NCBI RefSeq assembly: GCF_024696245.1
Contig: NZ_JAILGZ010000084.1
Span: forward strand, 2,919 to 66,918
Reading direction: 5' to 3'
DNA: 64,000 nucleotides
Source of the DNA: Treponema sp.
GTDB taxonomy: Bacteria > Spirochaetota > Spirochaetia > Treponematales > Treponemataceae
Below, in pieces: positions 55,234 to 64,000 of the stretch. A program made the translations under genes and the position numbers. The stretch's first letter is position 1. Each line of letters opens with the position of its first letter. The notes under the pieces were generated by a model, which was not told where the DNA came from, searched no databases, and was given only the letters and a program-made list of their open reading frames with translations.

Positions 55234-57201
55234 TTATTTTTTAAGAAGTTCAGCAAGCTTTTCTGATGTAAAGCCAAGATCTTCTGCTACTTTTGCAGCT
55301 GGTCCTGATTCACCAAAGCGGTCGATGGTAAAGAGGTCAGCCTTCTTAGCATAACCTTCCCATCCCATTCTTGAACCGGCTTCTGCAACTACAACGCGTT
55401 TTGCATTACCAATAATCTTCTTCTGGAAGTCTTCACTCTGACTTTCAAAAAGATTCTTATCAATAACAGAAACAACACGGATAGTCTTACCAGGAACAAG
55501 TTTTGCTGCATTAAGGGACATTTCTACTTCTGAACCTGTAGCAACAACTGTAATGTCAGGAGAATCTGAACCTTCCTGTACTACATAAGCACCCTTCCTT
55601 GCTGTATTACGCCAGTCCTTGTCGGCCTTTTCGTAAACAGTAATTCCCTGACGGGTAAATGCCATTGCAACAGGGTGATCCTTGCTTTCCATTGCCATTT
55701 CCCATGCAAGCTGACTTTCTTCTGCATCACCCGGACGAAGGAACTGTACGTTTGGAATACAGCGGAGGGCTGCATAAGTTTCTGTAGGCTGGTGAGTTGG
55801 ACCGTCTTCTCCTACATAAATTGAGTCATGGGTAAAGATATAGATATTAGGAATATTGCTGAGGGCTGCAACCCTGAGTGAACCACGGAGGTAATCACTG
55901 AATACAAGGAAGGTTGCACCAAAGGCACGGAGACCACCATGAAGGTTAATACCGCTCATTACCTGACTCATTGCAAATTCACGGATACCGTATTCAATTG
56001 TACGGCCCTTGCGGTTTTCCGGAGTATATGTACCGCCATCGTTCTTAAGCTTAGTCTTGTTTGGTCCCTGAAGGTCTGCAGAACCACCTACAAGCCATTC
56101 ATAGCTGTCTGCCATGCAGTTAAGGCTCTTTCCTGAAGCATCACGGGTAGCAAGTTTATCACCGGCTTTGTATGAAGGAGCTTCAACTTCTGCAGTTTTT
56201 TCTCCCTTCCAGTATGCATCCCATTTTTTTGCAAGTTCAGGATTTTCTTTAGCCCATGCATCAAATTCAGCCTGCCATTCAGCTTCTGCAGCCGCAGCAT
56301 TCTTACGTACTTCTTCAAAGTATTCATATACACCTGGAACTACGTAGAACTGTTCGTTTTCTGGAAGACCAAGGTTTTTCTTTGCTTCTGCACAGCCTTC
56401 TGCACCAAGAGGAGCACCGTGTACATCTGCTGTACCTTCTTTTGGAGCACCCTTTCCGATTACAGACTTAAGGATAATAAGTGTAGGTTTGTTTTCTTCT
56501 GCCTTTGCAATGCGTACAAGGTCAGCAATTTCTCCAACATTGTACATGCTTCCGCGAAGAACCTGCCATCCGTAAGAAAGATAGCGCTTTTCAATATCGT
56601 CTGTAAAAGTAATGTCAGTACAGCCGTCAATAGAAATCTTGTTTTCATCATAGAAAGCGATAAGCTTACCAAGCTTAAGGGTTCCGGCAAGGGAACATGC
56701 TTCTGAAGAAACACCCTCTTCAAGACAGCCTTCTCCAACCAGAGTGTATGTATAGTGGTCTACGATTTTATGACTGTTTGTATTAAAGCGGGCTGCAAGC
56801 ATGGTTTCTGCAATAGCCATACCTACAGAAAGGGCAATACCCTGACCAAGAGGACCAGAAGTTGCTTCTACACCATCTGTAAGTCCTACTTCAGGATGTC
56901 CTGCACAGATTGAACCAACCTGGCGGAAATTTTTAATATCATCCATTGAAATTTTATATCCGGCAAGGTGAAGGATGCTGTAAAGGAGCATTGAACCATG
57001 ACCTGCAGAAAGAACAAAACGGTCACGATCAACCCATTTTGAATCAGCAGGATTATGCTTCATTATTTCTCCATAAAGAACTGCAGCAAGTTCAGCTGCA
57101 CCAAGAGGAAGGCCAGGATGACCTGAGTTTGCCTTCTGAATTGCATCCATTGAAAGGCTTCTGATTGAAAGCGCTGTTGCTTCAATAGCTTTAGTGTTCA
57201 T
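55234..57201 (-). CDS. tkt: transketolase
   Basis: SGHPGLPLGAAE, GHGSMLLYS, the GEGCLEEGVS TPP-binding motif, 655 aa. Confidence 0.96.
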   Translation of the reverse strand: MNTKAIEATALSIRSLSMDAIQKANSGHPGLPLGAAELAAVLYGEIMKHNPADSKWVDRDRFVLSAGHGSMLLYSILHLAGYKISMDDIKNFRQVGSICAGHPEVGLTDGVEATSGPLGQGIALSVGMAIAETMLAARFNTNSHKIVDHYTYTLVGEGCLEEGVSSEACSLAGTLKLGKLIAFYDENKISIDGCTDITFTDDIEKRYLSYGWQVLRGSMYNVGEIADLVRIAKAEENKPTLIILKSVIGKGAPKEGTADVHGAPLGAEGCAEAKKNLGLPENEQFYVVPGVYEYFEEVRKNAAAAEAEWQAEFDAWAKENPELAKKWDAYWKGEKTAEVEAPSYKAGDKLATRDASGKSLNCMADSYEWLVGGSADLQGPNKTKLKNDGGTYTPENRKGRTIEYGIREFAMSQVMSGINLHGGLRAFGATFLVFSDYLRGSLRVAALSNIPNIYIFTHDSIYVGEDGPTHQPTETYAALRCIPNVQFLRPGDAEESQLAWEMAMESKDHPVAMAFTRQGITVYEKADKDWRNTARKGAYVVQEGSDSPDITVVATGSEVEMSLNAAKLVPGKTIRVVSVIDKNLFESQSEDFQKKIIGNAKRVVVAEAGSRMGWEGYAKKADLFTIDRFGESGPAAKVAEDLGFTSEKLAELLKK

Positions 57202-57263
57202 AAAATTCTCCTTATGAAAATATTAAACAATATATTTAATGTCTTTAAATTAATGACAGAACT

Positions 57264-57734
57264 TTAAAGAAGCTTAAGGGCTTCTATTTTTCTGATCAGC
57301 TGCTCTGAATCCGGCTTCATGGCAAGGAATCTGATAAAATCCCTGCTTCTGAAAAGCTTGGCAAGGGAAGAAAGAACTTCCAGGTGAGCATGAGCTGAAC
57401 TGGATAATACAATAAAAAGAGTATGTACACTAAAAGAATCAGGAGCGTGCATATCAAGAGGATTCTTAAGATAGCAGACAATTATTCTTTCGTTGTCAGG
57501 ATTTTTAATAAGGGTTCGTCTCGGATGAGGAATAGCAAGGGAATTTCCAACTGCAGTACTAAGAACCCTTTCCCTCATAAGAAGCTCTTCAGCAAAAACC
57601 TGGGGAGTAACTTCGTCAGGCAGCCTGGCCCGCTCTGCAATGTAACCATAGATTTCTTCCAGGGTAGAACCTTCTACATTCTTTACAACCCCACCCCTCT
57701 TAAGAAGACCGGTAACATCAGCATTACTTTGCAT
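57264..57734 (-). CDS. PTS EIIA type-2 domain protein (PtsN-like)
   Basis: 156 aa. TAVGNSLAIPHPR active-site His context. Confidence 0.8.
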   Translation of the reverse strand: MQSNADVTGLLKRGGVVKNVEGSTLEEIYGYIAERARLPDEVTPQVFAEELLMRERVLSTAVGNSLAIPHPRRTLIKNPDNERIIVCYLKNPLDMHAPDSFSVHTLFIVLSSSAHAHLEVLSSLAKLFRSRDFIRFLAMKPDSEQLIRKIEALKLL

Positions 57735-57747
57735 AATTAACTAAACC

Positions 57748-59211
57748 TCATTTTATAACTTTAAACCTGTCGTGTCGGTTTTTATCAACTGCGTCTTCAA
57801 GAATACCCCTGACCTCTTCAAAATTCCAGTTCATTCCGTCAACTGAAAGAAGAAAATCACCAACTTCTCCTTCTATATCAGGATTATCTGAAATAACCTG
57901 AAGAAGATGGGTTACATGACTGTAAAGCTGGGAAAGTATTACCAGCTCCTGCTGAGGGAATTTTTCAAGACCGGTTACAAAAGAATCTATCTTAAAAACC
58001 AGTTCAGAAACCCTGGTATAAAGATCCAGAGCTTTCTGCCTCAATTCACCTGCAGACCTGTCAGCAAACCAGTTGTATTCTTCGGAGAGTATAGCACTTC
58101 GGGATTCCAATAGCAACAACAGTTCTTCACGGTAATTCTGATTGAGGTATTTTTCTGAAGGATACATGCGGGGAATTATAAGGGAACAGTCCTTTTCCCT
58201 CCTGAAAAACATATCCAGGATATACTGGTCAAAAATAAAGTCCGGTGTAGCCCAGAATGAATGTTTTCTTGCAGGATATTTCTGAGGGTCAGTAAAGTCT
58301 CCCTTATTCCAGGGACCTACAGCAGGAACCGTCTCTCCCTTTTTCCAGAGACGGGTTTCTACGCCGAAGAATTCAATTCCAACCTTTCTGGCATGGCGCT
58401 CTATGTATTCACTTATGGAACCGCACTGGTATATGCAAAGCTGGTCTGCATGTTCAAAAAAAACGGTTTCAAGCTGACTTTCTATACTGTCACAGGGACC
58501 ATGACGGTCAAAACTGTTTATGAGATGCTCTTCAAGATTTGAATACCACTTTACCCTGGCATCAGAAGACTTGTTTTCTACAAAATTTCCGTCTTCATGA
58601 CAGACCATTACATTAACGCAGCAGTTATCCCAGTCAGATACACTGCATAAAAGCCTGTCTCCCCTGGAAAAGCCGTGTTTTTCTATAAGCGGAGTGATAT
58701 CAAAACCTGTAGCAAATATTCGTGGAGGCAGTTCAAAATCAGAAACTACAAGATTAAATTCTGCATTGGCAGGATCTGCTGCTACATACTGAGGGGCATA
58801 TTCTTCTCCAAAAAGGCTGTAAAACCCCAGTACAGTCTGGGAATCAAAGCTGCCTTTTACGGATTTAAGCATCTGGCCGTCACTAAAAAAAGAAATTGCA
58901 GATGGTGCTATCTCGTTATTAACAAAGGGAATGCACCTGTGGCCTATTACTACCATTTTCTGGTCAAATTCCCTGGAAGTAGGATGAATACTGAAAAGTT
59001 TTCCTGTAAATGCGCCGGCCTTGGTAATATACATTTCCCTTTCAAGTGAAAAAACATAGGGATTGGAGTCAAGAAATTCCCTTACTTCCTGTTCTTTTGC
59101 CTTAATTCCAAGAGAAAGGAAGATACGTGTCATATCCTTAAGAGTAAAATAATGTGTAAAAGTCCTTAGGAACCTGTTTACAAGCTCCTGTTTTTTCTCC
59201 GGCATGTCCAT
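57748..59211 (-). CDS. hypothetical protein (487 aa), no domain recognised
   Basis: Long ORF of normal composition, 13 nt upstream of the EIIA gene (operonic with EIIA and tkt). Confidence 0.7.
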   Translation of the reverse strand: MDMPEKKQELVNRFLRTFTHYFTLKDMTRIFLSLGIKAKEQEVREFLDSNPYVFSLEREMYITKAGAFTGKLFSIHPTSREFDQKMVVIGHRCIPFVNNEIAPSAISFFSDGQMLKSVKGSFDSQTVLGFYSLFGEEYAPQYVAADPANAEFNLVVSDFELPPRIFATGFDITPLIEKHGFSRGDRLLCSVSDWDNCCVNVMVCHEDGNFVENKSSDARVKWYSNLEEHLINSFDRHGPCDSIESQLETVFFEHADQLCIYQCGSISEYIERHARKVGIEFFGVETRLWKKGETVPAVGPWNKGDFTDPQKYPARKHSFWATPDFIFDQYILDMFFRREKDCSLIIPRMYPSEKYLNQNYREELLLLLESRSAILSEEYNWFADRSAGELRQKALDLYTRVSELVFKIDSFVTGLEKFPQQELVILSQLYSHVTHLLQVISDNPDIEGEVGDFLLSVDGMNWNFEEVRGILEDAVDKNRHDRFKVIK

Positions 59212-59299
59212 AATTTTAATGCAGTTTTAATGAAATTCAAAATGGCTGCTGTCCCGTAAAAAAGAGACACATGGGACAAAATACTGAAATTCTTTTCAT

Positions 59300-59328
59300 T
59301 TGACAATATCAAATTCTTCTATTAGTAT
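59300..59328 (+). promoter_or_regulatory. sigma70-type promoter for rny
   Basis: TTGACA-17 nt-TAGTAT, 48 nt upstream of the ATG. Confidence 0.45.
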
Positions 59329-59375
59329 ACATTCTAATTAGATTTAAAAAATTTATGTGACTAAGGAGAAATTAA

Positions 59376-60905
59376 ATGCGTTATGCAATTTACATCATTC
59401 TCCCCGTTGCAGGTGTTCTACTTGGATGGATTTTTCGCTGGATATACGCCAGATTTCAGCTTACTGCATCAGAACAGAAAGCAGTAAGAGTGAAGCAGGA
59501 TGCAATAAAAGAAGCAGAAGCTCAGAAAAAAGAGATTCTCCTTCAGGCAAAAGAACAACTCATTCAAGACCGGAACCAGCAGGAACGGGAGAACAGGGAA
59601 AGACGGGCCGAATTACAGCGTTTTGAAAGCCGTGTTAACAAAAAGGAAGAACTTCTGGAACAGAAAAGCCAGGAATTCGAAAAACGTGACAGGGAAGCTG
59701 CCCAGCGTTCAGCAGAAATGGACAAAAGGGAAGCAGTTATGAAGGCTGAGGAAGAAAAACTCCGTTCAGAACTGGAAAGAATTTCCGGACTTACTGCAGA
59801 AGAAGCAAAAGCCCTGATTATTAAAAATCTTGAAAACGATGCCAGACATGATGCTCAGGCCCTTCTTAACAAAATTGATCAGGAAGCCCAGCTTACAGCA
59901 GAAAAAAAGGCTCAGGAAGTACTTGTTGCTGCAATTCAGAGAATTGCTACAGAAACCACAGGTGACCTTACAGTAACAACAGTTTCACTTCCAAGTGACG
60001 AAATGAAAGGCCGTATTATCGGACGTGAAGGCCGCAACATCCGTACACTTGAAACACTTACAGGTGTTGACATCATTATTGACGATACACCGGAAGCAGT
60101 AGTAATCAGCTGCTTTGATCCAGTACGTAAGGAAATTGCCCGTGTAGCCCTTGAGCGTCTTATTACAGACGGCCGTATTCACCCTGCACGCATTGAAGAA
60201 ATCGTACAGAAGGTAACAAGGGAAATCCAGCAGAAGATTTACGAAGAAGGAGAAAAAGCCCTCTTTGACCTTGGCATCCACAATATGAATCAGGATGGAC
60301 TCAGGGCAATCGGACGCCTCTACTTCAGGACAAGTTACGGACAGAACGTACTTACCCACTCTAAGGAAGTTGCAGAACTTGCAAGCATACTTGCAGCAGA
60401 AGTTGGAGCAAACAGGGAACTTGCAAAACGTGCAGCCCTTCTCCACGATATTGGTAAGGGTGCAGAAAACGACAGTGACCAGAACCATGCAGAAGTTGGT
60501 GCAGAAATGGCAAGAAAGATGGGAGAAGATCCTAAGGTCGTAAATGCTATTGCAGCCCATCATAATGATGTGGAAGCACAGACAATAGAAGCTGTAATCG
60601 TACAGATTGCAGATGCTATCAGTGCAGCCCGCCCTGGTGCACGCCGTGAAACCGTAGATAATTACGTTAAGCGTCTTGAAAACCTTGAAGAAACTGCAAG
60701 AAAGTTTGAAGGGGTTGAACAGGCTTACGCAATTCAGGCTGGACGTGAACTGCGCATTCTTGTTAATAACGAAAAGATTCCTGACAATCAGGTTAAGGAT
60801 CTTGCAAAACAGATTGCAAAGCAGATTGAAACCGATCTTCGTTATCCTGGAAGAATCCGTATAACAATGATCAGGGAAACACGTATTATCGAATACGCAA
60901 GATAA
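59376..60905 (+). CDS. rny: ribonuclease Y
   Basis: N-terminal TM helix, a long coiled-coil, KH domain (GRIIGREGRNIR), HD domain (LLHDIGK). SD AAGGAG. Confidence 0.96.
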   Translation: MRYAIYIILPVAGVLLGWIFRWIYARFQLTASEQKAVRVKQDAIKEAEAQKKEILLQAKEQLIQDRNQQERENRERRAELQRFESRVNKKEELLEQKSQEFEKRDREAAQRSAEMDKREAVMKAEEEKLRSELERISGLTAEEAKALIIKNLENDARHDAQALLNKIDQEAQLTAEKKAQEVLVAAIQRIATETTGDLTVTTVSLPSDEMKGRIIGREGRNIRTLETLTGVDIIIDDTPEAVVISCFDPVRKEIARVALERLITDGRIHPARIEEIVQKVTREIQQKIYEEGEKALFDLGIHNMNQDGLRAIGRLYFRTSYGQNVLTHSKEVAELASILAAEVGANRELAKRAALLHDIGKGAENDSDQNHAEVGAEMARKMGEDPKVVNAIAAHHNDVEAQTIEAVIVQIADAISAARPGARRETVDNYVKRLENLEETARKFEGVEQAYAIQAGRELRILVNNEKIPDNQVKDLAKQIAKQIETDLRYPGRIRITMIRETRIIEYAR

Positions 60906-60926
60906 CCTGATTATAATCAATACATT

Positions 60927-60970
60927 AAAAAGCCCTGCTTATGGTGAGAATCCACAAGCAGGGCTTTTTA
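60927..60970. terminator. bidirectional terminator between convergent rny and trpA
   Basis: aaagccctgctt/15-nt loop/aagcagggcttt, flanked by an A-run and a T-run. Confidence 0.75.
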
Positions 60971-61022
60971 ATGGATATCAATTCTTCTACTTTAAGGCTG
61001 GGATTATACAGCGGAAATTAAT

Positions 61023-61781
61023 TTATACACCCGCTGTAATTTCTTCTGCCTTTGCCCTTACAGCTTTATAAAGAACTTCCTTGTTATCTGCATTTTCTGT
61101 AATAAGACGGACAAAAACACTTCCTGCAACTACAGCTTCTACATGACCTGCTAAAGCTCCGGACTGTTTACCACTGGAAATACCAAAACCACCGTAAACT
61201 TTACTGCCGCCTGCACTAACCTTATTAAGGAAATCCATGGTAGCCTGATCTATAGAAGTATCACTTCCTGTAATACCTGTACGTAATGCAGCATAAATAT
61301 AAGGGAATCCGGCATCAGCCATTTTTGCAAGGCGCTCCTGAGACATTGAAGGTGCTGCTACAGGAATATTTACCATTCCATTTTCTTTACAGGCTTCAGT
61401 TAATCCTTCATCAAAATCAAAAGGAAGGTCCGGAATAATCATTCCCTTAACTCCAGCTTCAGCAGCCACTTTACAGAATTTTTTTACCCCTGGAGTATAA
61501 ACAAGACTGCCATAACTCATAAGATAAATTGGAATCTGAGGATAAGCTTCATGTACCTTTTTTATAAAGGCAAGACCATCAGCTGTTCTGTAAGACCTTT
61601 TTAACACTTCTGTACATGCACCCTGAATTGCAGGACCATCTGCACTTGGATCAGAAAATGGCAGCTGTATTTCAAGAATATCTGCACCACCATCAACAAG
61701 AGCCTTAGCTGCAGTAAAAGCAAGGTCATCAGAAGGATAACCTGCTACAAGATGACTCATTAAATTTATTTTTGCACACAT
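61023..61781 (-). CDS. trpA: tryptophan synthase alpha chain
   Basis: ...LVAGYPSDDLAF...GADILEIQLPFSDPSADGPAIQ. The ATG at 61781 has SD AAGGAG 6 nt upstream. The track's longer ORF overlaps the trpB 3' end. Confidence 0.92.
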   Translation of the reverse strand: MCAKINLMSHLVAGYPSDDLAFTAAKALVDGGADILEIQLPFSDPSADGPAIQGACTEVLKRSYRTADGLAFIKKVHEAYPQIPIYLMSYGSLVYTPGVKKFCKVAAEAGVKGMIIPDLPFDFDEGLTEACKENGMVNIPVAAPSMSQERLAKMADAGFPYIYAALRTGITGSDTSIDQATMDFLNKVSAGGSKVYGGFGISSGKQSGALAGHVEAVVAGSVFVRLITENADNKEVLYKAVRAKAEEITAGV

Positions 61782-61791
61782 ACAATTCTCC

Positions 61792-63057
61792 TTAACCCAT
61801 AATCTTTGCTTCGTGAATGTCTTTATGTTCTTCAAGACGTTCAATTTCTGCATGAAGGAAGTCCAGCCATTTTTCAAGACGGAATACAGGACTTGTAATA
61901 AAGACATCCTTGTCTCCCCTTCCGCTCATGTTAATAATAATTGCCTTGCTTGAAGGAAGAGTTGGTGCCAGTTTAATAGCCTGAGCACCTGCATGAGCAC
62001 TTTCCAGGGCAAAGAGAACACCTTCATTTTTTGCAAAAAACTTTACGGCTTCAAGAGCTTCTTTATCGAGGGCAGAAGTAAATTCAATACGGCCGCTTTT
62101 TCCAAGGGCTGCCAGCTGAGGACCGATACCGCAGTAATCAAGACCTGCACTGATTGATCTTGTAGGAAGGGCCTGTCCGTCATCATCAAGAAGAAAACGG
62201 CTTTTATATCCCTGAAGAATACCGTCACGGCTGGCATTTCCTGTCATACGGCTGGCATTCTGACCAACATCAGGACCAATACCACCGGCTTCTACACCAA
62301 TAAGGCGTGGGGAATCTTCATCTACAAAAGGTGCAAAGAATCCTATGGAATTTGAACCGCCGCCTACACAGGCAATCAGGGCTTCTACATCAAGATTTCG
62401 TTCTGCAATCTGCTTTTTTACTTCCTTACCGATAACACTCTGAAATTCCCTGACCATATCCGGGAAAGGAGCAGGTCCTAAAGCACTGCCAAGAACATAG
62501 TGAGTTGTATCAGGATTTGCAGCCCAGTCACGCATAGCTTCGTTTACGGCATCCTTTAAAGTGCGGCTTCCGGAAGTTACGGCATGTACTTTTGCTCCAT
62601 AAAGTTCCATAGCGGCAACATTAGGCTGCTGTCTGCGTACGTCAACTTCTCCCATGTAAACTGTACAGTCAAGGCCCAGTTTGGCACAGGCAGCTGCAGT
62701 AGCAACTCCATGCTGACCGGCTCCGGTTTCTGCAATAATACGCTTTTTTCCCATGCGCCTGGCAAGAAGACACTGACCTATTGCATTATTGATTTTGTGG
62801 GCACCTGTATTTGCAAGACCTTCAAGTTTAATGTAAATCTGAGCACCGCCTAAAATCTTACTGGCAGTTGCTGCATGTAAAAGAGGGGTTTCCCTTCCTA
62901 TATAATCCCGCTGGATTTCCTCTAATTCCTGTGTAAAGGAAGGATCGGACATGGCCTTGCGGAATTCAGTTTCAAGTTCATCAAGTGGACGCCTTAAAAC
63001 TTCAGCTACATATTTTCCGCCAAACTGACCGAAAAATCCGTTATCTGAATGTGACAT
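61792..63057 (-). CDS. trpB: tryptophan synthase beta chain
   Basis: FGQFGGKYV, the GLANTGAHKINN PLP-lysine motif, GGGSN, MSGRGDKD. Confidence 0.95.
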   Translation of the reverse strand: MSHSDNGFFGQFGGKYVAEVLRRPLDELETEFRKAMSDPSFTQELEEIQRDYIGRETPLLHAATASKILGGAQIYIKLEGLANTGAHKINNAIGQCLLARRMGKKRIIAETGAGQHGVATAAACAKLGLDCTVYMGEVDVRRQQPNVAAMELYGAKVHAVTSGSRTLKDAVNEAMRDWAANPDTTHYVLGSALGPAPFPDMVREFQSVIGKEVKKQIAERNLDVEALIACVGGGSNSIGFFAPFVDEDSPRLIGVEAGGIGPDVGQNASRMTGNASRDGILQGYKSRFLLDDDGQALPTRSISAGLDYCGIGPQLAALGKSGRIEFTSALDKEALEAVKFFAKNEGVLFALESAHAGAQAIKLAPTLPSSKAIIINMSGRGDKDVFITSPVFRLEKWLDFLHAEIERLEEHKDIHEAKIMG

Positions 63058-63147
63058 ATATTACTCCTGTTTCATACTGTTTATGTTTCTATAAATAGTA
63101 ACATTATATAAAAAACGTGTCAACATTATGAAACAGAAAGTTTTCTT

Positions 63148-63876
63148 TTATTCTTCTCCCTGCATGTACTTCTTTGGAGTTGAACCGGTAATTTTCTTAA
63201 AAAGCTTGGTGAAATATTTTGTATCATTAAAACCAACCTTTTCTGAAATTTCATAAACCTTGTAGTAACCATGCTTAAGGTAAAGACATGCTTTTTCTAT
63301 GCGGACCTTATTTACATAATCAACAAAGCCCATACCCATGTCCTGAGAAAATTTTGTAGAAAGATAACTTGCAGAAAGTCCAAGTTTACCTGCTACTACA
63401 GAAAGGGAAATATTTTCTGAATAATGATCATCAATATATTTAACTGCCGCCCTGGTAATGGAAGATCTCTTATCCGGAGAAATGACTTCATCCTTTACAG
63501 TCTGTTTAGATGCAAAGCTGTTTACAAGATCAGCAAGCTGGGAAGCCTTTACAGGTTTCATAATGTATTCCTTTGCACCATAATGCATGGCCTGCTGGGC
63601 ATACTCAAAGTCATTATAGCCGGAGAGAATAATAAAGACAGGAGCAAGACCGGCTTCTTTAGTAAGACGCATAACATCGATTCCTGTATAAACAGGCATC
63701 TGGACATCAAGAATGACAATATCAGGAATATTCTTAATAATCATTTCAATTGCACTTCCACCGTCTCCGGCTTCAAAGACCTGTTCAACTGAAGGACAAT
63801 GATTTTTAATGTACCTGTGTAAACTTGAACGTACAAGCTCTTCGTCATCAGCTATCAGAATTTTCTTTGCCATCAT
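63148..63876 (-). CDS. two-component response regulator, receiver + AraC-type HTH (YesN-like)
   Basis: ILIADDEELVRSSL...ILDVQMP receiver. C-terminal AraC HTH (...FNDTKYFTKLFKKITGSTPKKY). Confidence 0.9.
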   Translation of the reverse strand: MMAKKILIADDEELVRSSLHRYIKNHCPSVEQVFEAGDGGSAIEMIIKNIPDIVILDVQMPVYTGIDVMRLTKEAGLAPVFIILSGYNDFEYAQQAMHYGAKEYIMKPVKASQLADLVNSFASKQTVKDEVISPDKRSSITRAAVKYIDDHYSENISLSVVAGKLGLSASYLSTKFSQDMGMGFVDYVNKVRIEKACLYLKHGYYKVYEISEKVGFNDTKYFTKLFKKITGSTPKKYMQGEE

Positions 63877-64000
63877 TTTCTCCTGCCGTTAAATCCTCAC
63901 TGAACGGCACAGTTATTTTTACAGAAGTTCCTTCACCAGGAACGCTGTCAATCTGAACTATTCCTTCATCGCCGTAAAGAATCTTAATACGGTCAATGAT
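63848..64000 (-). CDS. sensor histidine kinase, C-terminal fragment (runs off the window edge)
   Basis: My translation of the minus strand gives ...IIDRIKILYGDEGIVQIDSVPGEGTSVKITVPFSEDLTAGENDGKENSDS*, a typical HATPase_c tail of YesM-type kinases. Its stop overlaps the response-regulator start. Confidence 0.6.
   Translation of the reverse strand: MIDRIKILYGDEGIVQIDSVPGEGTSVKITVPFSEDLTAGENDGKENSDS

Noticed and set aside
59985-60920. 311-aa ORF antisense to rny
   Set aside because: It mirrors a strongly conserved gene. Its composition is Cys/Phe/Asn/Ile-rich and nonsensical, and it has no SD. This is a typical shadow ORF in a low-GC genome.
61782-61907. Upstream extension of the trpA ORF overlapping the trpB 3' end
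   Set aside because: The ATG at 61781 has a perfect AAGGAG SD and starts a normal TrpA N-terminus. The extension is trpB sequence read in another frame.
1-64000. Mobile elements, prophage, defence islands, rRNA
   Set aside because: No transposase, integrase, recombinase, restriction-modification, toxin-antitoxin or Cas-like ORFs were recognised. There are no long terminal repeats. Composition looks uniform by eye.

Overview
Dense, mostly housekeeping chromosomal segment from a low-GC bacterium. I count about 50 protein genes and 3 tRNAs. I see no rRNA, CRISPR array, transposase, integrase or phage gene. Gene content and order look spirochaetal, Treponema-like; this rests on recall, not a search. 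The supporting features are uvrA next to an LptD/OstA-like OMP, RNase Y, alpha2-type GlyRS, a Maf/DUF115 protein and an MMPL exporter with a LolA-like partner.

Confident calls: uvrA, lon, deoD, malQ, argG, pncB, gltX, leuA, asd, dapA, aroC, lepB, a class B PBP, glyQS, tkt, rny, trpB and trpA. The tRNAs are Glu(CUC), Gln(CUG) and Lys(UUU).

I do not see a clear defence-island-type novel system. The candidates most worth follow-up are:
1. An unannotated Leu-codon leader peptide plus intrinsic terminator in front of leuA, which looks like a classical attenuator.
2. A four-gene FHA / PPP-type phosphatase / Hanks kinase / pseudo-receiver winged-helix cassette at 28.4-32.1 kb.
3. A GC-rich, structured, terminator-capped intergenic element upstream of an HD-GYP protein whose metal-ligand motifs look degenerate.
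4. A 31-nt promoter/operator-like element duplicated in front of both the MMPL exporter and its LolA-like partner, next to a divergent ArsR regulator.

Several smaller oddities are listed separately: lysine-rich tails, a solitary trpBA with an inverted repeat bracketing its promoter, a divergent NodB fusion and an archaeal-type IMP cyclohydrolase. All family assignments come from motif recognition by eye. No database search was run.
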